The notes below the pieces were generated by a model. It worked only from the letters and a program-made list of their open reading frames with translations. It did not search any database and was not told the DNA's origin. Shown piece by piece: positions 7,491 through 17,424 of a stretch of DNA of 64,000 bases (within the stretch, counting starts at the first letter, position 1; each line of letters opens with the position of its first letter). The DNA comes from a virus (taxonomy: Duplodnaviria > Caudoviricetes), in the IMG/VR virus record IMGVR_UViG_3300033067_000724, positions 2,439 to 66,438 of that record; one strand, 5' to 3'. Made by a program: the position numbers and the translations under genes.

Positions 7491-9911
7491 ATGGCAACTA
7501 ACAAAACACCAAAACGTACGAATGCTTGGCCTGCCGGTAAGGTTTCAAAAGAAGAAACCACTAGAGCCCTAGCCAAAGCTGCCTTCCTTGCTAACCATGC
7601 CGTAGGTAATATTGGCGACTCTATGGAAAGTCGTCTAACTTCACTTTACCTAGGTGGAGGTTCTGATGCATTTGATGGTGGCATGGGATATAATGGTGAG
7701 TTTTTAGGCCAATCTGTATTTGATGGCGAAGAGGCTACACAACGTGGAGCCCCAGCACTTTCCCCTCTTTCTCGTGCTGGCAACTCAAGAGATGATACTA
7801 AGATTGCATGGACAAAAATGCAAGTCACAAGTAACATTTATGATAACGATGGACAAGTGTCGTCTATAGTAGATTTAATGTCAGACTTCGCTACTGAAGG
7901 TATTAAGTTTATTCACTCTTCAGATACTGTTCAAAAATTCTATGACTCGTGGTCACAAAAGGTTAATTTAAAGTCTCGCTTTAGAAATGCTATTACTCAA
8001 CTATTAGTTAATGGAAATGTGTTCTTATATAGGGTCTTTGCTAAATTAAACGCTTCAGAAGAGACTGCTATGAAGACATTTACTGTTGGTCGTACAGTTG
8101 GTGATAAATTTGCAATTACTAACGCCAAAGGCGAAGAGACAATTATACAGCCAAAGATTGAGTTCGATTCAAGCGTACGCTTCATTGTTGAGGCTGGCGT
8201 AAGTGAAAAAGAATTCCAAGATGCAGCCATTAAGAAGCAAATCAAAGACTTTGTAATTGGAAGAATCAAGAGCAATGCCGCCAAGATTGTTGATACAGAG
8301 ATTACTCCTGGTGCAGCAAACGTAGTGCCTTGGAAATATGTAATGTTAAACCCAACCCAAGTAGCACCTGATGGTGATGGTTGGATTTATCTCCTAACTA
8401 AAGAAGATGTAATGAAGTTGCTTAATACTGCTCAAGTGTCATATGACGAACAGAAGCAGTCTATTAAGGTTTCTCTACCAGAGAACATTGGTGGTACACT
8501 TAAGAAGTCTACTCGCCCTGGTTTCTATGGAGAAATGAAACTTTCAAAAGAACGTCTAATCGTTCTACAATATAACAAACCTGACTGGAAGAAGTGGGCC
8601 ATTGGCCTTGTATGGAAGGCTATGCCAACTATTACATTTAAGAATACTCTTCGTCAGATGGAAATTAAAACAGCGAAAGCTGCTATTAACACAGTTATAC
8701 TCTGGAAACTTGGTGACCACAAAGAAGGCTTAATGCCAATCCTTGAGGACTATGAACGCCTTGCCGATATGTTAAAGGCACCGGCGTCTACCCTCAACGT
8801 GATTTGGAACTCTGCTATTACTGCGGACGTTATTCAACCAAAGTTATCCGAGGTATTCGATGTTAAGCGTTGGGAAGAACTTCGTAAAGAAGTAACTGCC
8901 CAATTTGGTATTACTCAAGCAGTCGTTACTGGTGAAGGTGGAAACTTCTCCTCATCATTCATTTCAGTACAAGGTCTACTTGAGAAACTCGAAACTTTGC
9001 GCGACATCCTCATTGAGTCATGGTTAATGGAGGAAATTTTCATTATCAATAAGGCCATGGGATTCCGCAAACTGCCTCAAGTTTCATTTGGAGAGATGTC
9101 TCTTCGTGATGAGACTGCTGCTAATAATTTCGCAATGGCCCTATATGACCGTGGTCTTATCTCTGACCAGACTCTATACGATACTCTTTCTAAGGACTCA
9201 GAGATTGAGCGTGAGCGTCTACTTAATGAGAAGAAGTGGGAAGAGGATAATAAGTTTGACCGTCGTGGTCCATTTATTAAGGTTCCTGAGCAAGACCAGC
9301 ATGATAATAAGCAACTTGATTTTACAAAGAAACAAGGTGAAAAAGATATCGAGATGCGTCAGAAGGAACTTGACCATTCTACTAAGTTGGATGAGAAGAA
9401 AGCAGAACAAGACTTTAAGATTAAAAAGTTTGAGTCTAAAGAAAAAATGAAAATCAAGAAAGTTGTTGATGTTCATAAGGCTAAGAATCCACCTAAACCA
9501 AATGGTCGTCCGCCGGGCTCACGTACTCCACACACAAATAAACGCACACGCAAACCTAAGAACGTTGCTAACCGTGCCGATGTTGAAAAGTTAGTACAAA
9601 CATTAGATGAAAATATTAAAAAACATCTAGTTACACAGGCTGGCGTATCAGACTTCCGTTCACTCTCCAAAGATGATAAGGAGAAGGTTACAAACTTAGT
9701 TGGTGTTGCGTTAGCACAACTTGACGATGTTGGAGCCGCTGCTGTTGCTGACCCAGCATTTATTCAGTCTATCGACGTTACTAAATACCCAGATTCTGAA
9801 TTTGCCACAGTATTAGTTGAAAAGGCAACTGACTTTGCCGCTACAAATAATCGTAAGGCAAACAAAGATGAAGTATACAAGCTTTACATAGACACATATT
9901 TAGATTCATAA
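7491..9911 (+). CDS. Portal protein with basic C-terminal extension
   Basis: Position after terL, size ~800 aa, helical composition; ATG 7491 with GAGGT SD. Confidence 0.75.
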   Translation: MATNKTPKRTNAWPAGKVSKEETTRALAKAAFLANHAVGNIGDSMESRLTSLYLGGGSDAFDGGMGYNGEFLGQSVFDGEEATQRGAPALSPLSRAGNSRDDTKIAWTKMQVTSNIYDNDGQVSSIVDLMSDFATEGIKFIHSSDTVQKFYDSWSQKVNLKSRFRNAITQLLVNGNVFLYRVFAKLNASEETAMKTFTVGRTVGDKFAITNAKGEETIIQPKIEFDSSVRFIVEAGVSEKEFQDAAIKKQIKDFVIGRIKSNAAKIVDTEITPGAANVVPWKYVMLNPTQVAPDGDGWIYLLTKEDVMKLLNTAQVSYDEQKQSIKVSLPENIGGTLKKSTRPGFYGEMKLSKERLIVLQYNKPDWKKWAIGLVWKAMPTITFKNTLRQMEIKTAKAAINTVILWKLGDHKEGLMPILEDYERLADMLKAPASTLNVIWNSAITADVIQPKLSEVFDVKRWEELRKEVTAQFGITQAVVTGEGGNFSSSFISVQGLLEKLETLRDILIESWLMEEIFIINKAMGFRKLPQVSFGEMSLRDETAANNFAMALYDRGLISDQTLYDTLSKDSEIERERLLNEKKWEEDNKFDRRGPFIKVPEQDQHDNKQLDFTKKQGEKDIEMRQKELDHSTKLDEKKAEQDFKIKKFESKEKMKIKKVVDVHKAKNPPKPNGRPPGSRTPHTNKRTRKPKNVANRADVEKLVQTLDENIKKHLVTQAGVSDFRSLSKDDKEKVTNLVGVALAQLDDVGAAAVADPAFIQSIDVTKYPDSEFATVLVEKATDFAATNNRKANKDEVYKLYIDTYLDS

Positions 9912-9912
9912 A

Positions 9913-9922
9913 GTGTATAATA
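9913..9922 (+). promoter_or_regulatory. Putative late promoter GTGTATAATA (head operon)
   Basis: Exact motif copy immediately after portal stop. Confidence 0.7.
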
Positions 9923-9951
9923 AAAAGTAGTATATTTACTAAGGAGCTAAA

Positions 9952-10203
9952 ATGGCACGAAATGACCTACAAAACAAGCAGAATCCAGGTGGAATTCTAA
10001 ATAGATATAACAGAATTACCATGAGAACTGGCGATGCTACCGTAGTATATAATGATAACCGTACCGGCCAAGTCGGCACATCGGGCTCCTGGGAATTACA
10101 CGTTTCTGGTTTTTATGACCCAAATGCTGTAATTAACCGATATACTAATGAACCACCTGTTGAGCGTAGCCGCAACAACACAACTAAATATACGGATGTT
10201 TAA
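9952..10203 (+). CDS. Small hypothetical, probably virion-associated protein
   Basis: AAGGAG SD, follows late promoter. Confidence 0.65.
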   Translation: MARNDLQNKQNPGGILNRYNRITMRTGDATVVYNDNRTGQVGTSGSWELHVSGFYDPNAVINRYTNEPPVERSRNNTTKYTDV

Positions 10204-10204
10204 T

Positions 10205-10597
10205 ATGTATAATTTCAAATTAGAAGGTACTTTCACTAACAAACCAGCACTTACATTAGATGGCGTAGAAGTTCCATTTAAAACATTAAGCGCACACTAC
10301 TCACCAGCCGAAGGTGAAGAAAGTGAATTAGTAGTTTTAGAATTTACCCTAGCTTCTAAGATTGGTAATCTTGAACCAGATACAGCATATCGTGTAAAGT
10401 CAAATGCAGAAGGTAAATTAACATTTGAAGTTGCTGCTGGCAAACCACCTTTCTTTGCCAAGAAAGAAAAAGATGGCGGAAAGATGTGCAAAGATTGCAA
10501 GAAGCCAATGAAAGATTGCACATGTGCAGATTGCAGCACAGAGAAAAAGGCTAAGTCTTTCAAAGAGACACTTGCCCAAGTATATGACACCAAATAA
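10205..10597 (+). CDS. Hypothetical protein with C-terminal Cys cluster (CKDCKK..KDCTCADC)
   Basis: ATG 10205 in frame with ORF 10148..10597. Confidence 0.6.
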   Translation: MYNFKLEGTFTNKPALTLDGVEVPFKTLSAHYSPAEGEESELVVLEFTLASKIGNLEPDTAYRVKSNAEGKLTFEVAAGKPPFFAKKEKDGGKMCKDCKKPMKDCTCADCSTEKKAKSFKETLAQVYDTK

Positions 10598-12146
10598 GAA
10601 ATTCAAAACATACGCGGTTGTTAAGTTCGAGCAATTCGAACCTACAGCAGAAGTAACAAAAAGGGCTAAAGCCGCTTTAGTAGCGGACAAGGCTATTGCT
10701 ACAACTCAAAAAGACTTATTGAATTATGCTTTAGAGAATAAGCAGGAAGACCTTTTATATTTCAAAGCTGTATATGCAACCTGTGGTTTTAATTTAAATG
10801 ACGACGTATTCGTGAATGAAGAATTCTGGAACGCCCGTCATTCACCTGTATTAAAGCCTGCTAATTGGCAACACCAAGATAAAAACATTATTGGTACTAT
10901 TTATGCTGTCGAAGCGCAATACTTAGATGGTACACAAATAGATGTAGAAAGTGATGTAGTTCCAAAAGATGACTTCGAATTAGTTGTATATGGTGTAGTA
11001 TATAAGTATACATTCGAAGAACTCGCTGGCGAAATTGAAAAACGTAGTAAGGCTGGGGATTTATATGTTTCGATGGAAACATGGTTTTCTGACTTTGCAT
11101 ATGCTTTTCTAGATGAAGGTTCTCAAAGAATGAAGGTTGTTGCGCGTACCGAGGGAACAAAGGGTCTTGATAAATATTTAAGAGTCTTTGGAGGTTCAGG
11201 TACATACAACGGTCAGAGAATCGGAAGAATTTTAAAAGGAATGACCTTTGGTGGGATGGGCTTTGTTGACCAACCTGCTAATTCAAGAAGTGATGGCGAA
11301 GTTATCGCTTCTAAAACGGAGAAAATTGAAATGGCTGATACAAAAGTTGAACCAGTAGTCGCCCCTGTAGTCGATGAGAATGCAAAAAAGGTGACTGAAT
11401 TAGAGTCAACTGTTGCTTCTTTAAACACAGAGAAGGCAACCGCTGCTGAAAATCTTCTACGTTTAGAAGAGAAAGCAAAGCGCGCAGAAGAAGCTAAAAC
11501 AATTGCTGATGGTGTTGTTTCTGCCCTAGCAAAAGTAGTTGATACTGCTGTTGCTGAGATTGGCATGAATCCTCCTCCAGAGATTGCTAAGATTGATGCC
11601 GCACAGACTGCAGATGCAAAATATGCCGCTATGATTGCATGGCTAGGCGCAACTGCAAAAGCATCTGTAGCAAGTGCAACTGCATTACAAAAAGAAGTAG
11701 ACACTCTTAAGGCAACTGTTGCTAAGTTCGAATCGGACAAAGCCGCTGCTGTTAAGGCTGCTCGTACTTCGGCTCGTACACTAGAAGTTAAGGCTCTATT
11801 AGGTGAAGGCGCAGTTGATGCTGACGTTGCAACCTTAATGAAGAGTCTTGCTGACCTAGAAGACGATGCTTATAAGGCACGAATTGAAGAACTAAAGATT
11901 GTTGCTTCTAAAGCAAAACCTGATGTTCGTCATGATGGCGCTGCTGGCACTCCAGATGCCGAAGGCGCTAGTGGAGAGGGGAAGGCTGCTTCCGGTGGTC
12001 CTAGAGACGACCGTAAAATAAGTGTAGCAGCTGCACTCGAAAACGCTGCTGTTGAACCAGCAATGGAATCTGGAAGTGGTGGACATAGTGCTGCAAATCC
12101 ATTCGATGGCATTGCTTCACTAGTTTTCAGAAATCAAAGGAGCTAA
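10584..12146 (+). CDS. Prohead protease-scaffold fusion
   Basis: Position before decoration/capsid genes; globular N-half (GFNLNDDVF, NWQH, VSMET), Ala/Lys/Glu coiled-coil C-half. Confidence 0.7.
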   Translation: MTPNKKFKTYAVVKFEQFEPTAEVTKRAKAALVADKAIATTQKDLLNYALENKQEDLLYFKAVYATCGFNLNDDVFVNEEFWNARHSPVLKPANWQHQDKNIIGTIYAVEAQYLDGTQIDVESDVVPKDDFELVVYGVVYKYTFEELAGEIEKRSKAGDLYVSMETWFSDFAYAFLDEGSQRMKVVARTEGTKGLDKYLRVFGGSGTYNGQRIGRILKGMTFGGMGFVDQPANSRSDGEVIASKTEKIEMADTKVEPVVAPVVDENAKKVTELESTVASLNTEKATAAENLLRLEEKAKRAEEAKTIADGVVSALAKVVDTAVAEIGMNPPPEIAKIDAAQTADAKYAAMIAWLGATAKASVASATALQKEVDTLKATVAKFESDKAAAVKAARTSARTLEVKALLGEGAVDADVATLMKSLADLEDDAYKARIEELKIVASKAKPDVRHDGAAGTPDAEGASGEGKAASGGPRDDRKISVAAALENAAVEPAMESGSGGHSAANPFDGIASLVFRNQRS

Positions 12147-12149
12147 AAA

Positions 12150-12629
12150 ATGGCACTACGCGAATCACGTAGAGTAGAGGCTACTTCAATTGATTACATC
12201 GTTACTGCTGCGGCAGAACGCGGTGGAGTCTTAACAGCAACATCTGGTGCGGTTGGAGCCTATAACACAAACATTGGTACACGCCCTTCGGGTATCGTAC
12301 CAGTAGGTATTCTCTTAGAGGATATCGAAGCCCAGAACTATCTTACTCACCCACAACGTTACCAGCGCAATGTAAGCGACCTTGGTAGCATGGTTGGTGT
12401 AATGACAAAAGGTGAAGTATGGACCGACTTTATTGACGGTTATGCTAAGCCACACGTACATGCTGGTAAAGCAGCATATCTAACTCACTCGGGCCTAGTC
12501 ACAGTTTATGACTTTGCACCAGGCGTGGTAGGAAGCTTAATCGAACAAGGTACCTCTGGTATTCTAGTTGGTCGTTTCCTTTCAGACATTGATAGCGACG
12601 GATTCGTAAAAGTCCGTATCGACCTTTAA
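12150..12629 (+). CDS. Capsid decoration/stabilising protein
   Basis: Position between scaffold and major capsid; beta-rich 159 aa; AAGGAG SD. Confidence 0.65.
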   Translation: MALRESRRVEATSIDYIVTAAAERGGVLTATSGAVGAYNTNIGTRPSGIVPVGILLEDIEAQNYLTHPQRYQRNVSDLGSMVGVMTKGEVWTDFIDGYAKPHVHAGKAAYLTHSGLVTVYDFAPGVVGSLIEQGTSGILVGRFLSDIDSDGFVKVRIDL

Positions 12630-12641
12630 TAGGAGAAAATA

Positions 12642-13673
12642 ATGGAACTTTCTAAAGAAGTACATGAGAAGCTAACAAAGGCGATGCAGGCTTGCGCTTC
12701 AAGTGACGATTCAGTTCGTCTTCCTGCACAACGCGCATTTGCTGCTACATTAGGCATTCCTCTTCGTAAAGCAATTTTCGACGAGAGCACAACTGAAGGT
12801 ATCTTCGAGCGAGACGTACTCGCCCCAGGTGCTACTCCTAATTACCCACTTGACTTCGTCAAGCCAGGTGATGAAGACCAGTTTATTGCCTTCACACTAC
12901 CAAAGACTGGTAGAATTCCTGAGCGTCACGTAGAAGGTGACGAACTATGGGTCCCAACATTCCGTGTTGGTAACTCAATCGACTGGGATATTCGTTATAT
13001 GCGTATGGCACGTTTCGACGTTGTCGCTCGCGCATTAGAAGTGTACAAGGCTGGTTTCGTTCGTAAGAACAACTCAGACGCTTGGCGCACAATCCTAGCG
13101 GCTGCTGCTGACCGTGGCACAATCGCTGTTGCATCAGGTTCTGCTCCCTTCACTGGTAGCACATCGCCTGTATCTCCTCCTGCAGCTGGTACCTTCACAA
13201 AGGAACTTATCTCACGCGCACGTACAGCAATGACACGTGGTGCTGGTGGTAATGGCAACGCAGGCGCACTAACTGACGTATTCCTCTCTGTAGAGGCTAT
13301 GGAAGATGTTCGCGCATGGAGCGCAACCGAAGTCGATGACTTCACCCGTCGTGAAATCATTCAATCAACTGACAAGAACCTTGCTAAAGTCTATGGCGTA
13401 AACCTACACCACATGACTGAATTCGGTGAAGGTCAGGAGTATCAGAACTATCTAACAACAACTCTTTCAAAGACTCTTCCAACATACACTGTAGAGTGGG
13501 CAGTTGGTCTAGACTTAAGCCGTGCGGACTCATTCGTTGAGCCAATCGTACAAGAGTTAGAAACATTCGAAGACCCAAACATGTATCGTTCTCAGAAGAT
13601 GGGCGTATTCGGATGGTTAGAGCATGGCTTCGCGATACTTGATGCAAGACGCGTCTTATTAATGGCATTCTAA
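12642..13673 (+). CDS. Major capsid protein (HK97-fold expected)
   Basis: 343 aa, position, strongly biased high-expression codons, AGGAG SD, followed by terminator. Confidence 0.85.
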   Translation: MELSKEVHEKLTKAMQACASSDDSVRLPAQRAFAATLGIPLRKAIFDESTTEGIFERDVLAPGATPNYPLDFVKPGDEDQFIAFTLPKTGRIPERHVEGDELWVPTFRVGNSIDWDIRYMRMARFDVVARALEVYKAGFVRKNNSDAWRTILAAAADRGTIAVASGSAPFTGSTSPVSPPAAGTFTKELISRARTAMTRGAGGNGNAGALTDVFLSVEAMEDVRAWSATEVDDFTRREIIQSTDKNLAKVYGVNLHHMTEFGEGQEYQNYLTTTLSKTLPTYTVEWAVGLDLSRADSFVEPIVQELETFEDPNMYRSQKMGVFGWLEHGFAILDARRVLLMAF

Positions 13674-14315
13674 TCAACTAGTAATATCCTTTAGGATATC
13701 ATTTATCGAAAGCGCGGGGGTTTCCTCCGCGCTTTCTTTCTTTTTATCATTTTCTTTATTAATTTTTTCTATAAAGGCATATGTTGCATCTTTAATTACT
13801 TGATTATATTCTTTATAATATTCTTGAGATTCTCTAAAATATTTTGCTGCTTCTACTGAATTTAGATTACCTGACGTATCCCTTATGGTGCTGTGTCTTT
13901 CGTTTGTTACAATCCTATGGCAACAAGCACATAAAATTTGACATTTGGCAATTTCTTCTTTAAGTTTTTCATCTGTAGTGCCATATGGTGGATTAGAAAC
14001 ATTAAATTCTTTTTTATATTGTGGTAAATGGTCGTATTCCATTGCTTCTGGGTTATTTGGATAAGATATACCACATCTTTCACAAAGTGCTTTTGTTTTT
14101 AATTGCCAGACATAACCTCTTAATCCAATATGATTTTTTTTAATTTTTGGTTTTCTGGGTTGATTATCACGCAATGCTTTAACATATGCAGCATTACAAG
14201 GTCTACAATATGATGCTTTTTTATCAATATTGCGTGGAGCAGATGTAAAATCAGAAAGTGGTTTTTCAATTTGACATTTACGGCATTTTTTATTAAGTTG
14301 GATTGTTATAGTCAT
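13674..14315 (-). CDS. Free-standing HNH endonuclease with N-terminal Zn finger (antisense)
   Basis: CRKC...CRPC; CERC...EYDH...KEF...EIAKCQILCACCH; very AT-rich. Confidence 0.85.
   Translation of the reverse strand: MTITIQLNKKCRKCQIEKPLSDFTSAPRNIDKKASYCRPCNAAYVKALRDNQPRKPKIKKNHIGLRGYVWQLKTKALCERCGISYPNNPEAMEYDHLPQYKKEFNVSNPPYGTTDEKLKEEIAKCQILCACCHRIVTNERHSTIRDTSGNLNSVEAAKYFRESQEYYKEYNQVIKDATYAFIEKINKENDKKKESAEETPALSINDILKDITS
13708..13746 (+). terminator. Rho-independent terminator of capsid operon
   Basis: GAAAGCGCGGGGG-TTT-CCTCCGCGCTTTC stem-loop followed by T-rich tract. Confidence 0.85.
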
Positions 14316-14323
14316 GATAGGTC

Positions 14324-14352
14324 AGTATACTACATATTAGAAATTTTGACAA
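14324..14352 (-). promoter_or_regulatory. Sigma70-type promoter for the HNH gene (TTGTCA-N17-TATACT), near-leaderless
   Basis: -35 at 14352-14347, -10 at 14329-14324, ATG 8 nt downstream. Confidence 0.6.
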
Positions 14353-14388
14353 CACCAAAATGTAGAATACAATAGGGTGTATATAATA
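14346..14388 (+). promoter_or_regulatory. TTGACA-N16-TACAAT plus late-motif variant GTGTATATAATA upstream of neck genes
   Basis: TTGACA 14346-51, TACAAT 14368-73, GTGTATATAATA 14377-88. Confidence 0.55.
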
Positions 14389-14406
14389 ATAGGGAGATAA
14401 TTATCT

Positions 14407-15285
14407 ATGTCTACACTTTCAGCAGGAATGTCTGGTATTCAACTTGACCTATTTGTAAAAGCTGGTCCAGTTCTTTATGACCCTTCACCATATCCAACTT
14501 TCTCAGTTGTGGATGCAAATGCTGCATTCCAAGGCTCAGGAACTGGTTATAGAGTAAGTATTGGTCACTTTGATGCTCGTAACATAGTAATTCCTTCTAG
14601 TGGTGCAGTTGGCGAATGGACTATTACATGGACTGTTGGTAGCACTTCTAAGACAGAATTATTTAATGTTTCTGCTCCAACACTATCTACTGCTGATAGC
14701 GTTGTAAACATTCTTGACCAGATGATTGATAATATTAGAATTGATATTGGAGACTTCTCCAATGATATCTTCCCAACTTCTCTATTAGAGCGTTATCTTG
14801 TTAAAAGTGTTATGCGACTTAATCGTGAACTTGGTATTGCGACAGGACGAGTACGTCCAACAGGTATTACCCCAGGTGGACTTGGCACACCAGCGCGTAT
14901 TCCTGGAATTGTATTGAACTTAGATTCTCGTACTCTATATCCAGATAACCATGAGATTGCTGACATAATTGTACTTCAAGCAGAGGTATTAATTACTCAA
15001 GCAGAAATGGCAGCACTACGTCGTGCTTCTACAATAGGTGCTGGAGCAACTGGCGCATCATTAATCGTAAGCGCATCTGGTACTCCTGCCGCATCTTCAG
15101 ATGGTGTTATGATTCGAAACGCAGATGGCGTAGTAATCGACACTCGTCAACGTTATGCCACATGGATGGCATCTAAAGTTCAATTATTCACCGCAGAAGC
15201 AAAACAACGAGAAGAACAACTTGCTAAAGCAATCAAAGATTTGAAATACTCATTCTCAAGTTCAATGGGAAAGGTTGTTTACTAA
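14407..15285 (+). CDS. Putative head-tail adaptor/neck protein
   Basis: Position after capsid; GGGAG SD. Confidence 0.55.
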   Translation: MSTLSAGMSGIQLDLFVKAGPVLYDPSPYPTFSVVDANAAFQGSGTGYRVSIGHFDARNIVIPSSGAVGEWTITWTVGSTSKTELFNVSAPTLSTADSVVNILDQMIDNIRIDIGDFSNDIFPTSLLERYLVKSVMRLNRELGIATGRVRPTGITPGGLGTPARIPGIVLNLDSRTLYPDNHEIADIIVLQAEVLITQAEMAALRRASTIGAGATGASLIVSASGTPAASSDGVMIRNADGVVIDTRQRYATWMASKVQLFTAEAKQREEQLAKAIKDLKYSFSSSMGKVVY

Positions 15286-15618
15286 ATGCTTGTTTACTAC
15301 TATCTTCCAATGTGTTATGCAAAACTTGGCCATAGACAAATCCATGGTATTGGACTTGGTATGGACCCAATTAGAGTAACACATAAAGAATATTTGGCCA
15401 ATAAGGAAATTCTTGTACAGGCACCGTTTACACCTGAATACTTTGAAAAGGTAACCGGCAAACCAGACTTTCCATACAGGGCATATATTACTTTGGAGAC
15501 AGTGAAGGATATTCAGTATCGTAAACTACAACAAATTGCAACATATTTTGAAGTAGATGCACTACTTCCAGACTATGCGTTACAACACTCAGTACGCGTA
15601 GCAATTAAGGATTTATAA
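15286..15618 (+). CDS. Hypothetical protein
   Basis: Coupled ORF in neck cluster. Confidence 0.6.
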   Translation: MLVYYYLPMCYAKLGHRQIHGIGLGMDPIRVTHKEYLANKEILVQAPFTPEYFEKVTGKPDFPYRAYITLETVKDIQYRKLQQIATYFEVDALLPDYALQHSVRVAIKDL

Positions 15619-16220
15619 TGGCACTAGGTCCACGTAGACAAATTTTTCACAGAGAGAACGGCATGGCCTCACAGCGCGCTGGCGAGGCTGGCGGTATTCT
15701 TAGTTATGTGCAAAGTAGCGGTGTCCAGGTAGTTGGTTATATTGGAGATATCTCCAATGAAGTATTTCCATTAGGTGTTCAGTTGCACAATGTTGAGATT
15801 ATGGATGAGGGTTATATGTATAACCCATGGATGGACCGTGGTGTTCGACGTGTTTCGAAGCCTGGCGAGTCTGTTTCGTTTTCTTCAAATTGTGAGATTG
15901 ATACTAACTTCATTCACCCAAACGCACAGCCACACTCTGGTAAGAAAGCCTATCTTGCGCCATCTGGCTTAATTACAGATGATGCTTCTATGGGTGGTCC
16001 TTATATTGGAATATTTATTTCATCATTAAATGATACAAGCGCACCATGTCTACCAACATCTATTGTGCCGATTACAGTATGTGGTGGTGGATGGGTTCGT
16101 GGTCAATATATGAAAAAGGTTAATGGTGTTGGTCAGAATCAATTCGAAATTCAAACGCCATCAATTGAGAAAGTAGTTATTATGAGCCCAGGTTGGGCCC
16201 GTTTAAAGATTAAGATATAA
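15618..16220 (+). CDS. Paralog of capsid decoration protein 12150..12629
   Basis: Shared blocks: GEAGGIL/AERGGVL, HSGKKAYLAPSGLIT/HAGKAAYLTHSGLVT, GWARLKIKI/GFVKVRIDL. Confidence 0.7.
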   Translation: MALGPRRQIFHRENGMASQRAGEAGGILSYVQSSGVQVVGYIGDISNEVFPLGVQLHNVEIMDEGYMYNPWMDRGVRRVSKPGESVSFSSNCEIDTNFIHPNAQPHSGKKAYLAPSGLITDDASMGGPYIGIFISSLNDTSAPCLPTSIVPITVCGGGWVRGQYMKKVNGVGQNQFEIQTPSIEKVVIMSPGWARLKIKI

Positions 16221-16726
16221 TGGCACAAGAAAAACCAGCAAATCAAGACTTAACACAAGGAATCTCAAGACCATTTCTTGGTTCCGATTTTGAAACTATG
16301 TACGAACAATACATGGATATGATGTTAACTGAACTTGGTAGAAATGTTGTATTATACATGCCACCTGGTGCTGCTGAGAGTTCTAGCAATCCCGACCAAT
16401 ATAATCCATGGTTACAACAGAAAGACCCACGACTTGGCGGAACTGGTGAAGGAAATGCTGGATTTACAGTTTCTCCAATTTATGTTACATATCGCGCACA
16501 CGTTATGCATGGCCCAAAAAAGAATACTCCAGATGTACCATGGGATTTAAATGCAGAAGATGTTATGTTGTCCATGACAGTTGGTGCATTAGATGATATT
16601 AAGAAGGCAGTTGAGGTAGAAGTTGATGGTATTAAATATTCACGTAAGAGCGTTGATATTAGACAAATTGGTTTAACTACTCCAAAATACATTATTACTT
16701 TCTGGAGTCGAAAGGTAGCAGACTAA
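16220..16726 (+). CDS. Putative head-closure/neck protein
   Basis: Position, size; coupled translation. Confidence 0.45.
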   Translation: MAQEKPANQDLTQGISRPFLGSDFETMYEQYMDMMLTELGRNVVLYMPPGAAESSSNPDQYNPWLQQKDPRLGGTGEGNAGFTVSPIYVTYRAHVMHGPKKNTPDVPWDLNAEDVMLSMTVGALDDIKKAVEVEVDGIKYSRKSVDIRQIGLTTPKYIITFWSRKVAD

Positions 16727-17424
16727 TGGTAGCGCCGCTTAAACCAGACTTTATTGATATTGGATTTTTCATTGATGAAGATGTAGCAATACCTGAACTC
16801 CGTATGGTTTTAGCAGAATCTATTGAAAATGCGATTGATTCTGTAATTGCAAACTTTCAATCTTTGATAGTAGACCAGTTGATTTATGGTGGCAAAGGGT
16901 GGAAGGCTATTATAGAAACTTCTTCTTGGAGATGGATTAATTCTCCAAAAGGATATGGTCAGTTAGGTTTCTCAAGTCCGGTAGAGCCATTAAAACTTTT
17001 AAATGCTCTACGTTATTCTTGGTCAGCCAAGAAGGTTGTGCATATTAATGCGGCTTCTGAGTCTGTGTATATTGGTATAAATTTCAAGTTTGCAGAATTA
17101 GATAAACTTCGTAAAGCAACTATACATCCGGCTGCTGGTCATGGCAAGTTGCCTGCTAATCAGTCATGGTTTGATTGGGTTTATAGCGGCATTGCAATGC
17201 AAGAGGAAGGATTTCATTTTAGAAAGACTGGACCGGCAAAGGGTTCGCGTTCATCAGCAATTGCTGGTGCAGACGCCGGTTTAATGAAACCAGGTGGATT
17301 ATGGCAAGTAACACCAAGATTTAGGTTAGATTTAGACAAATTGATTGACCAAAATGCGGATAAGATTAACAATACAATTCAGAATTGGATGCAGGATTCA
17401 ATGGCTGAAGAGTCGAGGGGATAA
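16726..17424 (+). CDS. Putative neck/tail-completion protein
   Basis: Position; coupled translation. Confidence 0.45.
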   Translation: MVAPLKPDFIDIGFFIDEDVAIPELRMVLAESIENAIDSVIANFQSLIVDQLIYGGKGWKAIIETSSWRWINSPKGYGQLGFSSPVEPLKLLNALRYSWSAKKVVHINAASESVYIGINFKFAELDKLRKATIHPAAGHGKLPANQSWFDWVYSGIAMQEEGFHFRKTGPAKGSRSSAIAGADAGLMKPGGLWQVTPRFRLDLDKLIDQNADKINNTIQNWMQDSMAEESRG

